64,000 nucleotides of DNA, from assembly GCA_964447495.1 (NCBI GenBank), contig CAYUTF010000005.1, positions 2,240 to 66,239 of the forward strand, written 5' to 3'. Made by a program: the position numbers and the translations under genes. The stretch comes from an uncultured archaeon. GTDB lineage: Archaea; Asgardarchaeota; Lokiarchaeia; Sigyniarchaeales; SOKP01. The notes under the pieces were generated by a model. The model did not search any database and was not told where the DNA came from. It saw only the letters and a program-made list of their open reading frames with translations. This document shows, in pieces, positions 10,704 to 21,130 of the stretch (its first letter is position 1; every line of letters starts with the position of its first letter).

Positions 10704-10881
10704 TGAACATATACCTTAGAGTAATATCGAGGTATAAATTGGGATATTATAATTTACAGATTTGTCAAGATCAGTAATTCAACTTAACTTAGATAAATTT
10801 AAAAAATTCTAGACTATTATTTTAAAAAATTTGATTAACTTATTTTGTTAATTTTGAATTTACGTATGTTGGTTATTAAGA

Positions 10882-12288
10882 ATGAGTGAAAAAACACCTA
10901 AAGAAAAGTTTTTAATCGATGATGAGAGTATAGAAGAAGAGATAATTACTCAGGAAGAACAAGAAGAGGAAGATGAGATAAAGCTTTCAGAAGAAGATAT
11001 CCAAGAACGTATAAAGAAAAGCAAAGAAATAAAAGAAAACAAAAAAAAAGAAAAAGCAAAACAAGAAGAATTTGCTGAATCCTTTAAAAATGAGTTAGAA
11101 CAGAAAATCGTTAAAATATTAAAAAAGGGGAAAGTAGAATCTAAATATTCGCTAACCCATCTTTTGATTAAAGAGGGAATCCAAAATTACAACTTCAGAA
11201 TAAATCTTATTGAAAATAAACTAACTCCTGAAATTCCATATATTGGGAATGTGTTAAAACAATTAAGATTCGCCCATAAAATATTCTTCGCAGTAAATAA
11301 TGGAGCCCATGTATATTATACTGATATAAAACAAAAACTTCTTAAAGTAAAGGAGCAAGATATTGAGTTTGACTGGAAATCTTATAATATTCCCAAGGGA
11401 AATAATGAAATCTATTTAATTCTAAAAGTGCCGGGAAAGAATGTTAATACGCACCATCTCCTCTCTAGCTGTTATCCCGAAGCGTCTTTATCTAATTTTT
11501 ATTTAAAAGTAGACAAGAAATACGAGACTACATTCGGGTTTACGATATACAGCAACTTAAGCGGTTATTTTGATGATGATAAACTAATCTTGGTATGTAG
11601 AACGAGTGATGAAAATCGAGCAAAAACCTTGTTTAAAATAATTCAAATTGGAAGAAAAATAATAATAGAGCTATTAAAACTTAATTTAAGATATTCTGAA
11701 GCATTGACAATAATTAATCAGAAAAATTCTTTATTTATTCCAGTCTTGCCAGTGTTTAGAGCCATCGAACGTGAGGCATTTTATTCCTCTAAATTCACCA
11801 ATGCAATAAGGTCTATTTATGATTTTCCCAAAGAATTTGATAAAAAAATTATCTATGGTAAATATTCAGCTATTTCAAAGGAAGACGACGATAAAGATTT
11901 TGACATCAAAGATTTCTATGACTTTTTTTATAAGACATGTCAATTTCAAACTAAATCATTTATATCGAATGCAATTTTAAAAGACTGGATAATTAATCCG
12001 AATAAGTCATTAAATTATATCGAAAAAGATGATGAATTAAAACATTTAATCGATGAGTATTTACAGGAGATTGATATTGATAGGATTATTCAAGAAAAAG
12101 TAGAAAATTCCATGGAAAAAGGAGAATTTATTAAAGATATCACCACTAATCTATTATTAACCTTGTTAGGGCTCTCTATAATTGCTGACTGGGCACCATT
12201 TCAATGGGGACTTATCGTAGTTTTCATAATCATAAACGTATATTACTTCTATATTAAAACAAGAAAAAAGAAGAAGATAATTTATTAA
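10882..12288 (+). CDS. Hypothetical protein with an acidic/lysine-rich N-terminus and a C-terminal TM anchor
   Basis: The N-terminal roughly 70 aa are E/K low complexity. The middle region is unknown. The C-terminus is LLLTLLGLSIIADWAPFQWGLIVVFIIINVYYFYIKTRKKKK. Confidence 0.4.
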   Translation: MSEKTPKEKFLIDDESIEEEIITQEEQEEEDEIKLSEEDIQERIKKSKEIKENKKKEKAKQEEFAESFKNELEQKIVKILKKGKVESKYSLTHLLIKEGIQNYNFRINLIENKLTPEIPYIGNVLKQLRFAHKIFFAVNNGAHVYYTDIKQKLLKVKEQDIEFDWKSYNIPKGNNEIYLILKVPGKNVNTHHLLSSCYPEASLSNFYLKVDKKYETTFGFTIYSNLSGYFDDDKLILVCRTSDENRAKTLFKIIQIGRKIIIELLKLNLRYSEALTIINQKNSLFIPVLPVFRAIEREAFYSSKFTNAIRSIYDFPKEFDKKIIYGKYSAISKEDDDKDFDIKDFYDFFYKTCQFQTKSFISNAILKDWIINPNKSLNYIEKDDELKHLIDEYLQEIDIDRIIQEKVENSMEKGEFIKDITTNLLLTLLGLSIIADWAPFQWGLIVVFIIINVYYFYIKTRKKKKIIY

Positions 12289-12336
12289 TTTTCACTATAA
12301 TATTCTTATTTTCAAATTCCTTTTTTTTATTAAAAC

Positions 12337-13545
12337 TTGAATGAATTTAAAATGACTAATTTAAATAGTTTTGAAGTTAAAAACTCAAAATTAATCCAAG
12401 TCATAATTTATCTCTTATTTTGGCTAGGTCCACTTACCGGAAACGTTATATTGGTGTTATTTAGGACCCTCTCTATAGAGTTTAGTGTTTCTCCTGACGC
12501 AATTTTAATTGCAATTCCTTCATTCATGTTTCCATTCGCATTTGTACAACTATTCTCCGGAGCAATCTCTGATGTCAAAGGACGTGGATCTATTATATTA
12601 TTAGGGCTGTTAATATTTGGATTAGGTATGATCGTTGCTGTATGTTCTTTTTCATTAGCTTCTTATGCAATCGCAAATATTTTGGGAGGAATAGGATTTG
12701 GTTTTGTGAATCCTGTGCTGGTTGCGTTATTGACAGACATGACTCCTAAACCAAATATTCCAAAGAAGTTAGGCTTTTTAGTTGCTGTTGCTAATCTAGG
12801 GGTTGGGTTAGGACCGATCATCGCAGGTCAAGTTGTATTACTCAATTGGAGATATCTATATATCCTCTTTATAGTTATAACAACTATAGGTTTTGGATTT
12901 ATATATTTTCTAAAGCAGCCTGTGACTGAAAAGAGACATGGGAAAAATTTCTCTTCATTTTTTCATCAATTATGCCATGAATTATGTAGAATTGTAGTTA
13001 TTTTGATGATTTTTTCTGCTATTCTGGCAACTCAGACTTATCTCGCAGTTATTACTTGGACTTCAAGAGCATTCTCTGGTTTTGTTCCTGAAAACCTTTC
13101 TGGTATTATTATTGGATTTGCGGGAATATTCGGAGCGATTTCTAGCGTAGTAATCGGATTTTTAATAAAAAAATATGGAGTATTGAGTGCAATTCTTTTG
13201 GGAATTTTATCTTTATTCGTTGCGTTAATCTTATTGTTATCTTTAGGGGATATTACTAAAAATGAAGCCTTATTATTTGTTTCAATAGCGTTTATGCTAT
13301 TGGGGACATCAGGTGGAAGCTTAATCTCCACCGTAATGTATTATAGCCAAATATTATCACAAGAGAGTCGAGGAACATTAGCAGGATTGGTAACATTTGG
13401 CCAGTTCATAGGAACAGCGCTTATACCTATAACTTATGATTATCTTTTTCATTCGGGAGGTATACAAGCTGTTTATTATTCAGTTATGATAATCTCAATA
13501 CTATTTGTTGGAGTTTTAGGTTTATTATATAAATTAACACGATAA
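12337..13545 (+). CDS. MFS transporter
   Basis: About 12 TM helices and an MFS loop motif GAISDVKGRG between TM2 and TM3. Confidence 0.75.
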   Translation: MNEFKMTNLNSFEVKNSKLIQVIIYLLFWLGPLTGNVILVLFRTLSIEFSVSPDAILIAIPSFMFPFAFVQLFSGAISDVKGRGSIILLGLLIFGLGMIVAVCSFSLASYAIANILGGIGFGFVNPVLVALLTDMTPKPNIPKKLGFLVAVANLGVGLGPIIAGQVVLLNWRYLYILFIVITTIGFGFIYFLKQPVTEKRHGKNFSSFFHQLCHELCRIVVILMIFSAILATQTYLAVITWTSRAFSGFVPENLSGIIIGFAGIFGAISSVVIGFLIKKYGVLSAILLGILSLFVALILLLSLGDITKNEALLFVSIAFMLLGTSGGSLISTVMYYSQILSQESRGTLAGLVTFGQFIGTALIPITYDYLFHSGGIQAVYYSVMIISILFVGVLGLLYKLTR

Positions 13546-13565
13546 ATGTATCTTGTTTTCTTTTA

Positions 13566-14006
13566 TTATTTAGGATTAAATGGGCCAAGTTCTTTAATGT
13601 GATTTGTAAATTCAGTTATTATTTCTGCAAAACGTTTTCCTTCAGAAGCACTAACCCATTCTAATCGAATTCTCTTAGGATCTATTCCAAGTTGTTTAAT
13701 TATAATATTATGCAATCTGTTAAATCTTTCTTGTGCATACTCATTCCCAGAAATGTAATGACAATCGCCAATATGGCACCCACTTATTAAAACACCATCT
13801 GCCCCATCATTCAAAGCTTTCAATACAAAAGATGGGTCGACTCTACCCGAACACATTACTCGAATTATGCGAATATTAGGAGGATATTGAAATCGTGAAA
13901 CCCCGGCTAAATCTGCTCCTGCATAGGAACACCAATTACAGCAAAATACCAAAATTTGGGGCTCAAATTTAGTTGCTTTTGATTTTCCTTTTGTTTTTGA
14001 CATCAA
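13566..14006 (-). CDS. mvhD: MvhD-like (methyl-viologen-reducing hydrogenase delta subunit family) [2Fe-2S] protein, all-Cys form
   Basis: [15 protein letters not shown] ... [10 protein letters not shown] ... [11 protein letters not shown] are MvhD hallmarks. The likely true start is ATG 14003-14001, overlapping the hdrA TGA stop (TGATG) and preceded by GGAGGGTGA. Confidence 0.85.
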   Translation of the reverse strand: MMSKTKGKSKATKFEPQILVFCCNWCSYAGADLAGVSRFQYPPNIRIIRVMCSGRVDPSFVLKALNDGADGVLISGCHIGDCHYISGNEYAQERFNRLHNIIIKQLGIDPKRIRLEWVSASEGKRFAEIITEFTNHIKELGPFNPK

Positions 14007-17000
14007 TCACCCTCCATAGGTGTTTTAACTAATAAATAAGAATCGATCATGGCTCCGATCTGGTTGAAATCGTAATGCTTTACAGAAATAGCGTTTATAG
14101 GGCAAGTTGCGGCACAAGTTCCGCACCCCTTGCATAGAGCAGAGTTAATATGAGATTTTGTGATTATAATAGTGATTTCTTCGAACTCCTTAGTTGCATC
14201 TATAAGATCTATTGCATTATATGCACATACATCTTTACATTTTCCACAGCCAATACACTTTTCAGAGTCAACTTCAGCTACAAGTCCAGAAGTCTTAATC
14301 TCACCCGCACTTAAGAATCGGCTTGCTCTCCCTGCAGCTCCGTTTGCTTGAGAAATAGAATCTTGAATATTTTTTGGCCATTGGGCACATCCGCATAAAA
14401 AGATGCCATCCGTGGCAAAATCAAGAGGTCTTAATTTCACATGAGCTTCAAGGAAGAATCCAGTTCTATCTAATGGAACTTTAAGCATTTTAGCTAATTC
14501 TTCAAGATTATCCGCAGGGATCATCGGGGTCGATAATATGATAAGGTCAGTTTCAAAATCAATGTCTTCTTGTAAATTAGTATCAAAGACATTTACTTTG
14601 AATTTTTCTTGTGATTTTCCTTGTGAAATTTTTGAGATTTCAGGGGGTTTATCTAAACTATAGCGCAGAAAAATCGCATCCTTTCTTCGTTCACGATAAT
14701 AATCTTCAAATTCCTTTTTGGCCATTTGAAGATCGCGATAAAGAATAAGAATTTCAAGATCGGGCTTTAACTCCTTTAGTATACCTATATTTTTAATGGA
14801 TACAGCACAACACACATTTGAACAATACGTAATACCTTCTTTTTGACGCGCATTTACACATAAGATAGTAGTAACCCTTTTGATTTTTTCAAGCCACGTG
14901 ATATCTCCGCTTTTCAAGCGTTCTTCTAATTCTAATTGGGTAATCACATTCTTATTTTTTCGATCATATTGAAATAATCCATCTGGTTTGTATTCATTTG
15001 CTCCTGTAGCGACAATAATGGTCCCAACTTTCAATTCTTTGCTCTTCTTCTTAGAATTTTTAATCGTAATGTCATAGTTGCCTATGTATCCTTTAATATT
15101 TTCAATTGTGGTTGAGAGATGAATCTCGATGTTTTTATGGTTTTTTACCTTATCTATAATCTCATTAAGATAATTTGATGCATCTTCTTGGATGGGATAT
15201 AAAATATTAAGATTGTTAAGATTTCCTCCCAAAATTTTCTCTTTTTCGATTAAATATATTTTAAATCCTTGATCTGCGATATTTAACGCAGCGGTCATTC
15301 CCGAGACACCCCCTCCTATAATAAAAGCACTCTGAATCATTTTTAAGGTCTCTTCTTTTTGCGGTCTAATGAGTTTCGCTTTAGAAACTGCCATTCGTAT
15401 AAGATCTTTTGCTTTCTCAGTTGCCGCCTCAAGTTCGTTCATATGCACCCAAGAACATTGATCGCGTATATTAACCATCTCGAACAAATACTTGTTCAAT
15501 CCCGCTTCCAGACAAGTTTCTTGAAAAAGGCTTTCATGGGTTCGTGGAGTACAAGAAGCTACAATAAATCGATTTAAATCCATTTCTTGGATAACCTCCT
15601 TGATTCGTTCTTGCGAATCACTAGAACAAGAATAAAGATTTGCTTCACAATGAACTACATTTGGTAGTTCCTTTATGTATTCTACAACTTCGGGGACATT
15701 AACATATTTCCCTATATTAATACCACAATGGCATACCAATACTCCGATTCGTGGCTCATCAGTAAGTTCTACTTTCTTTTCGGGTACTTTTATTTCTTTT
15801 TCCTTAGTCTCGGTAAACTTTTCCTCGTTTAAAAGGGAAGCAACTTTAGCAGCCACACCACTCGCGTCTGCAACTGTTTCCGGGATGTCCATTGGACCTT
15901 GACAGAATCCACAAAGGAAAACACCTTCTTTAGAGGATTCTGATTTTGAAAAATAAGATTTTTCTTTAAAAAAATTATAATCATCTAATTTAATGTTAAG
16001 AATATTAGCCAGCTCTTTGGTGCCATTCGAAGGAATAAGAGGAGAAGCCAGAACAACTAAATTTGCTCGAAAATCGGCAAATCCTCCATTTTTCAAGTCT
16101 TCATAATGGATGATCAAATCATTGGTCTCGGGATCTTCTTCTATCGTACTGATTTTGGTCTGAAAGTAAGTCACTCCATATTCGTCTTGAGCACGTTGGG
16201 TAAATTCATAGAAATTTTTACCATAAGCCCGAATATCGTGACGAAAAACAAAGCATTGAGTACTTTCAGAATGTTCTGAAGTAATAATCGCTTCTTTTGC
16301 CGTGTACATACAACAAACACTAGAACAATAAGGAACCCCTTCATGCAAATCTCGGGATCCAGCACATTGAATAAAAGCAATTTTTCCAGGCTCTTCGTGG
16401 TCACTTGGTCGAAGAACATGCCCTCCAAAGGGTCCAGAAGCGCATAAAATCCGCTCATATTCTAACGCACTCACAACATTTGGAAAATGGTATCCCCATC
16501 GAGCAGATAATTCTTCTGCTTTTACATCGAATCCTGTCGCAACCACAACTGCTCCAACTTGTAGTTTAATATCTTTTGGCTCTTGTTCATAATCTATAGC
16601 TTCTGCTTTGCAGACTTTCTCACATACTCCACACACGCCTTTAGTTATTTTTAAACATAATTCGGGATCAATTAAATAAACCGGAGGGACGGCTTGAGGA
16701 AATGGAATATAGATAGACTTTCTCTTGCCCAAATTCATATCAAAAAGATTTGGAACCTCGATTTTTGGACATTTTGACGCACAATCTCCGCATCCTTTAC
16801 ATTTTGTCTCATCAATATACCTAGGTTTCTTCGTGACAGTTACATTGAAGTCTCCTCCCTTTCCCTCTAATTTTTTAACTTCGCTATAGGTTAATAATTC
16901 AATATTGGGGTTTCGAAAGACCTCGACCATTTTTGGAGCGAGGATACATAAAGAGCAATCGTTTGTTGGAAAGGTTTTATCAAGCTGAGCCATCCTTCCC

Positions 17001-17113
17001 CCAATAGAAGGTGTTCTCTCTACAAGATATACTTTAAATCCTAATTCCGTTAAATCAAGAGATGTTTGAATTCCAGCTATCCCACCACCAATCACCAGAA
17101 CTGAACCTTGCAT
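14003..17113 (-). CDS. hdrA: HdrA-like flavoprotein with duplicated HdrA modules (1036 aa), all-Cys form
   Basis: Two FAD folds ([10 protein letters not shown] and [10 protein letters not shown]), the [11 protein letters not shown] motif, inserted and C-terminal 2x[4Fe-4S] ferredoxin motifs ([44 protein letters not shown]), and an internal HdrA N-domain (VCHCGINIG...[10 protein letters not shown]). Confidence 0.85.
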   Translation of the reverse strand: MQGSVLVIGGGIAGIQTSLDLTELGFKVYLVERTPSIGGRMAQLDKTFPTNDCSLCILAPKMVEVFRNPNIELLTYSEVKKLEGKGGDFNVTVTKKPRYIDETKCKGCGDCASKCPKIEVPNLFDMNLGKRKSIYIPFPQAVPPVYLIDPELCLKITKGVCGVCEKVCKAEAIDYEQEPKDIKLQVGAVVVATGFDVKAEELSARWGYHFPNVVSALEYERILCASGPFGGHVLRPSDHEEPGKIAFIQCAGSRDLHEGVPYCSSVCCMYTAKEAIITSEHSESTQCFVFRHDIRAYGKNFYEFTQRAQDEYGVTYFQTKISTIEEDPETNDLIIHYEDLKNGGFADFRANLVVLASPLIPSNGTKELANILNIKLDDYNFFKEKSYFSKSESSKEGVFLCGFCQGPMDIPETVADASGVAAKVASLLNEEKFTETKEKEIKVPEKKVELTDEPRIGVLVCHCGINIGKYVNVPEVVEYIKELPNVVHCEANLYSCSSDSQERIKEVIQEMDLNRFIVASCTPRTHESLFQETCLEAGLNKYLFEMVNIRDQCSWVHMNELEAATEKAKDLIRMAVSKAKLIRPQKEETLKMIQSAFIIGGGVSGMTAALNIADQGFKIYLIEKEKILGGNLNNLNILYPIQEDASNYLNEIIDKVKNHKNIEIHLSTTIENIKGYIGNYDITIKNSKKKSKELKVGTIIVATGANEYKPDGLFQYDRKNKNVITQLELEERLKSGDITWLEKIKRVTTILCVNARQKEGITYCSNVCCAVSIKNIGILKELKPDLEILILYRDLQMAKKEFEDYYRERRKDAIFLRYSLDKPPEISKISQGKSQEKFKVNVFDTNLQEDIDFETDLIILSTPMIPADNLEELAKMLKVPLDRTGFFLEAHVKLRPLDFATDGIFLCGCAQWPKNIQDSISQANGAAGRASRFLSAGEIKTSGLVAEVDSEKCIGCGKCKDVCAYNAIDLIDATKEFEEITIIITKSHINSALCKGCGTCAATCPINAISVKHYDFNQIGAMIDSYLLVKTPMEGD

Positions 17114-17117
17114 TCTT

Positions 17118-18359
17118 TTATGCCTCCTTCTTTTTTATTTTTACAAAATTCATAATAAATTCTGTAAAATCTAATATATCTAAATGAGCAATGTCCTCAT
17201 AATCGTTTTGAAGACATCTGAAATGCATAATGCACTTTGGACAGCTAGTCACCATCATCTGACCCGCTTCTTTTGCTTCTAATAATCGTTTATATCTTAA
17301 CGCTTTGGATCGTTCATTACATCCAATCCAACTCCCAATCCCACAACATAAGGAGTCTTCCTTATGATGGACCATTTCCTTGAATTGAGGCCCAGATTTA
17401 TTCAAATGGTAAAAGATTTCCCGTACTTTTTCCATCATATTATTCTCTTTAGGAAGAAATCTACTCATTCGGCAAGGATCGTGAAATGAATAATTAATAT
17501 CTTCCTTAATATCCTTACTAGGTTCAAATTCGATAATACCATCTTTCCACTTTTCATATATATATTCAATAATGTGTTTTACTTCGAATCTTTCTCCAAA
17601 ATCCTTAAAATATTTGGGATAATCTATTTTGAACGTACGATAGCCTTCAGAACAGGTAGTAATAATGGTTTTTGCTCCTGCTCGTTCGAAATTTCGTATA
17701 TTTTTCTCTGCAAGTCTAAGAAAGGCTTCGAGGTTGCCATGACCCCAATATAAATCATGACCACAGCAATATTCATCCTTAAGAACAACAATCGGTTCGG
17801 ATTCAGTCTTGTTTAATAATTTAACCGTATTGATCGCAATAGGGTCAAGATCATCAAATTCAAATTTAAAATATGGAAGACAACCTACATGATAGAGAAC
17901 TTCTCCTTGTTCTGCTATCTTGCATCCTTTTGGAATCCAGTCAAGATTTCTTTCTGGTTGCACTTGAGGTTTACTCATCAGTTCTGAAATCGATAAATAG
18001 ATGCCCTTATGAGCAGTATAGTTGTCAGGATCGAATTCATAAGCTTGAACCATTTTATGGCGCGCCACTCGAACGATATTCGCGAAGTTTATATCTTCGG
18101 GGCACTTCTGAAGGCAGCTATTACACATTAGACAATCCCATAGCACTCCTGATTGAAGGACTTGATCCTCAAACCCTTCTAAAATTCTCTGAATAATACG
18201 ACTTGGGGTGAATTTTTGTACTTTGCTTAGCTGGCAGACCCCAGAACATCGAGCACATTGATAGCATTGCTTCAGTAATGATCTCAATGAAAGAGTAGTT
18301 GAATCCTCTACCAATTTTTTATTCAATTTTAAGTCTGGTTCTTTTTTAACCTCAGTCAT
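17118..18359 (-). CDS. HdrD-like Fe-S/CCG-domain protein (fused HdrC-type ferredoxin plus HdrB-type CCG domains)
   Basis: CYQCARCSGVCQ and CLMCNSCLQKCP cluster motifs, followed by two CCG motifs (YCCGHDLY, LCCGIGSW) and DPCRMSRF / TSCPKC. Confidence 0.75.
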   Translation of the reverse strand: MTEVKKEPDLKLNKKLVEDSTTLSLRSLLKQCYQCARCSGVCQLSKVQKFTPSRIIQRILEGFEDQVLQSGVLWDCLMCNSCLQKCPEDINFANIVRVARHKMVQAYEFDPDNYTAHKGIYLSISELMSKPQVQPERNLDWIPKGCKIAEQGEVLYHVGCLPYFKFEFDDLDPIAINTVKLLNKTESEPIVVLKDEYCCGHDLYWGHGNLEAFLRLAEKNIRNFERAGAKTIITTCSEGYRTFKIDYPKYFKDFGERFEVKHIIEYIYEKWKDGIIEFEPSKDIKEDINYSFHDPCRMSRFLPKENNMMEKVREIFYHLNKSGPQFKEMVHHKEDSLCCGIGSWIGCNERSKALRYKRLLEAKEAGQMMVTSCPKCIMHFRCLQNDYEDIAHLDILDFTEFIMNFVKIKKKEA

Positions 18360-18364
18360 GATGA

Positions 18365-19495
18365 TTAACCTTCGATTGTTTTCATAAATTTTTCCCTTCT
18401 GTTATGTTTATTTTGAGAAAAAGCAGCAATGAGTTCCTTCATTTTTTGTTTCCGATCTTCATTAAGATCTAATTTTTTAATTATCCCGCTATTTAATGCC
18501 TTTTCAAATATCTCCTTTCCCTTTTTAGTTCTTGGAATAACAGTAGTATATTTCTCTATTGAGCCGAGCCCTCCAAAAGAAATATCTGAATAAATGTTTG
18601 TAAAGTCTGCGCATGCATTACAGGCGGGACGCATATAGGGTGCTAAATGATTAAAAGGAACATGAATTACCCTGTTCCCTACATTTGGATCCTTTAAGGT
18701 GAAAATTACGTCTTCTTTAATATTTATCTTAATAATATCTCTAAAATTTATGTTAAAATCCTTTTCAAACTTTTTAATTTGGGATTTTTCAAAGAAAAAA
18801 TTTTCATAACAAAATAGACCTAAACATACCTCTATATTTTGCGATGGTGTGACTCCTAAATCTTTCATACACGCAATTGTATAGAGTTGACACGGTGTTC
18901 CTACCACCGCCAGCTTTTTAAATTTATAATGATTCAACTCAGGAATGGAATGAGTATAAGTGCTAAACTTTTGAATTTCATCTAATTGGGGAGTAATATC
19001 TAACTTTGCTCCTGAAGCTTTTAGTAGATCAGATTTACAATCTGCAAAAGTCGCTTCCCTTGAAAATGGAGCTTCGGTTTTCGATACTACCGCACCCTCA
19101 ACCATCTTATTTTTGATTAAAAAGTAAAGGATTGAGTTCACCACACCTCCATCAGTGCCGTACTCTAGGAATTCCTTATCAGTGGCTTGACAAGAATAAA
19201 TATCATCATAGTTTCCTAAAGGCATGGAAGAAAAATCAGTAAATCCATAAGTTTTATTCAGCTGGTCATCTAATATATGAGTTTGAGGACAAATATAATA
19301 ACAGATACCACACTCTAAGCACTTATCTTTATTAATATACACTGGTGGCTTATATTCGTCTTTAAAACCGATAACATCAAATTCTGCTGAACTACAAAAG
19401 CTCACACAGCCTCCACATTCTTGACATATTCCCTTTTCGTGTACCTCTTTTATGAGATCTTCAAAAGTTTTTGTACTCATGATAGATTTATTCAC
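18365..19495 (-). CDS. FrhB/FdhB-family flavin/Fe-S protein (F420-hydrogenase beta-like), paralog 2
   Basis: N-terminal CQECGGCVSFC / CLECGICYYICP, then GTDGGVVNSILYFL, VGTPCQLYT and CNACADFTNIYSDISFGGLG family motifs. It overlaps the upstream frhB-like gene by 8 nt. Confidence 0.75.
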   Translation of the reverse strand: MNKSIMSTKTFEDLIKEVHEKGICQECGGCVSFCSSAEFDVIGFKDEYKPPVYINKDKCLECGICYYICPQTHILDDQLNKTYGFTDFSSMPLGNYDDIYSCQATDKEFLEYGTDGGVVNSILYFLIKNKMVEGAVVSKTEAPFSREATFADCKSDLLKASGAKLDITPQLDEIQKFSTYTHSIPELNHYKFKKLAVVGTPCQLYTIACMKDLGVTPSQNIEVCLGLFCYENFFFEKSQIKKFEKDFNINFRDIIKINIKEDVIFTLKDPNVGNRVIHVPFNHLAPYMRPACNACADFTNIYSDISFGGLGSIEKYTTVIPRTKKGKEIFEKALNSGIIKKLDLNEDRKQKMKELIAAFSQNKHNRREKFMKTIEG

Positions 19496-20996
19496 TTAGA
19501 TTTCTTATTTTATCATAGGGACTCTTACAATTATTTCGTTTAGTACCCCCAATTTTTTCCACTAAAAATAACCCAGGCTTGACTTCTTTGAGGCTTTTAG
19601 ATTCAATATCTCCATTTTTCACTAACTCATTATAGATAGTGTCCGCCTCTTTGGTCCGCGTAATTACTGAAGACCACCCATCTTGAGACCCAATGGAGCC
19701 TACTGAAAAGTCTGCATAATCGGATGTTAAATCCTCACAATAATGGCAACTGTCCCGAGCATATTTCTTTACCTCTTTGAGTGGAACATCTAATTGCTCT
19801 CCAGATTTTAATCGAATGATAAACTTTCCACCTCCAATATTCATCTTAGTCAATTCATTAATATCCTTGTCGAATTGTTCCTTAGCTAGTTGAATGATTC
19901 CCTCATATGGAAATGATTCCATACAGAAGAGCCCTATCTTGTATTTAATATTTTTAAAGAACGGAAGTCCGCTCGGAAAAAGAGTACCTTTCTCTAAAGC
20001 CTTCATCATACAAGGAACCCCTACAAAAGCAATTTTTTCATACTTTTTTGCCTGATCGATGATCGACAAGGACGGAGAATTCGCATATTTCGTGCCCGCC
20101 GTCTTATAGAGTTCCTTCACATTCTCAATAATTACCGGTTCTGGTTTCCATAGTTGATCTGAATGTTGTACTGCAATTACTGCATCAACAAGGTTTTTTT
20201 TCAATAAATATTCGGCGATGGTAGTAACGATCCCTCCATCTTGACGTACTTTTATGATCTCGTCATTCTTTGTGCTTCCCGAATAGGTGCCAATATACCC
20301 TCCAATTTTATCTGACCAATTCAAATTTTTATCTAACTTCTTAATCGCTTCATTCATTTGGTCTATAGAAAAGGAACGAGGGCAGACTGTAAAGCATAAC
20401 CCACACTTCATGCATACATTATCGTCGATTTTAAGCGTATTCGCATCAACCTCGATCGCATTTACAGGACATATGGCAGCACACCAACCGCATTGACAGC
20501 ACGCACCAGCATCATATACGATGGAAACGGGTTCAAAATAGTGTTCAATAAAAGCGGGTTCAAGTTCTTTAACTTGATATCGATAAAAATACTCTTTTAC
20601 CTCGACTTCCTTCTCTTCTCCTTTAATTTTTTTAGTGACCTTTTTGATTTTTACTTCAACAAGTTCCTTTACATATCCCTGCTCTTTTAAGTATATCACA
20701 TCTCGGATAACATTTTCTGGGGGAAATTCCTTGATAACATCCATAATCTCTTCTAAAAATAAGGGTTCTTTGCCTCTTAAATACTCTAAGACGATTTTAC
20801 GCTCCGTTTCAGCATCAACCATAGCATCCAAAATTGCATAGTATTCTTGTTCCCCATATTTTCCTGCTTCAAGAATTTCGTCCTTAGCTTCATAGAAAGC
20901 GCGGATCTGAAAGTTCTTTGACGCTTCATAGGTGGCATCCATCAATTCTTTGGGAGACACCCCTTCAAATAACTTACTATTTACTATTTGAACCAT
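19488..20996 (-). CDS. FrhB/FdhB-family protein with an N-terminal extension of about 150 aa, paralog 1
   Basis: CCQCGWCAAICPVNAI / CMKCGLCFTVCP, VRQDGGIVTTIAEYLL, VGVPCMMKAL, and CHYCEDLTSDYADFSVGSIG. The N-terminal extension has no recognised motif. Confidence 0.75.
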   Translation of the reverse strand: MVQIVNSKLFEGVSPKELMDATYEASKNFQIRAFYEAKDEILEAGKYGEQEYYAILDAMVDAETERKIVLEYLRGKEPLFLEEIMDVIKEFPPENVIRDVIYLKEQGYVKELVEVKIKKVTKKIKGEEKEVEVKEYFYRYQVKELEPAFIEHYFEPVSIVYDAGACCQCGWCAAICPVNAIEVDANTLKIDDNVCMKCGLCFTVCPRSFSIDQMNEAIKKLDKNLNWSDKIGGYIGTYSGSTKNDEIIKVRQDGGIVTTIAEYLLKKNLVDAVIAVQHSDQLWKPEPVIIENVKELYKTAGTKYANSPSLSIIDQAKKYEKIAFVGVPCMMKALEKGTLFPSGLPFFKNIKYKIGLFCMESFPYEGIIQLAKEQFDKDINELTKMNIGGGKFIIRLKSGEQLDVPLKEVKKYARDSCHYCEDLTSDYADFSVGSIGSQDGWSSVITRTKEADTIYNELVKNGDIESKSLKEVKPGLFLVEKIGGTKRNNCKSPYDKIRNLSE

Positions 20997-21130
20997 TGAG
21001 TCTTCATTTTAAATTTTTTTCTTAAAAAATCTAATTTTTACTACTATTTTCCAACTAGCTCCCTCCTGAGCAAGGAGTGTTATCTTATAACCAAAATTTT
21101 CTTATAAGAATCATTCAATGGGAGCTGATA
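20997..21130 (-). promoter_or_regulatory. Candidate SECIS-bearing 3' region of the hdrA-vhuD selenoprotein pair
   Basis: Minus-strand RNA ...CAGCUCCCAUUGAAUGAUUCUUAUAAGAAAAUUUUGGUUAUAAGAUAACACUCCUUGCUCAGGAGGGAGCUAGUUGG... Complementary pairs read directly: AGCUCCC/GGGAGCU, UCUUAUAA/UUAUAAGA (A-rich 11-nt loop, AUGA one nt upstream), and CUCCU/AGGAG. Not folded computationally. Confidence 0.3.

Noticed and set aside
15359-16458. Several 63-95-aa ORFs inside or antisense to the 1036-aa HdrA (15359..15577, 15675..15902, 16171..16458, and also 14160..14351)
   Set aside because: All are embedded in a long gene with strong domain evidence. They are typical spurious overlapping ORFs. The same reasoning applies to the other short nested ORFs in the track, for example 1176..1388, 2004..2234, 7146..7328, 8563..8832, 13038..13331, 17873..18196, 20287..20841, 22657..22854, 45011..45881 and 55080..55908.
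21104-21118. Reading the AUGA at the vhuD stop plus the GA of UUAUAAGA as a eukaryote-type SECIS K-turn quartet
   Set aside because: In the register needed for tandem G-A pairs, helix II acquires C-U and U-U mismatches. The alternative register gives a perfect 8-bp helix that consumes the GA. I cannot support the K-turn reading by eye and have left it as a question for covariance-model scanning.
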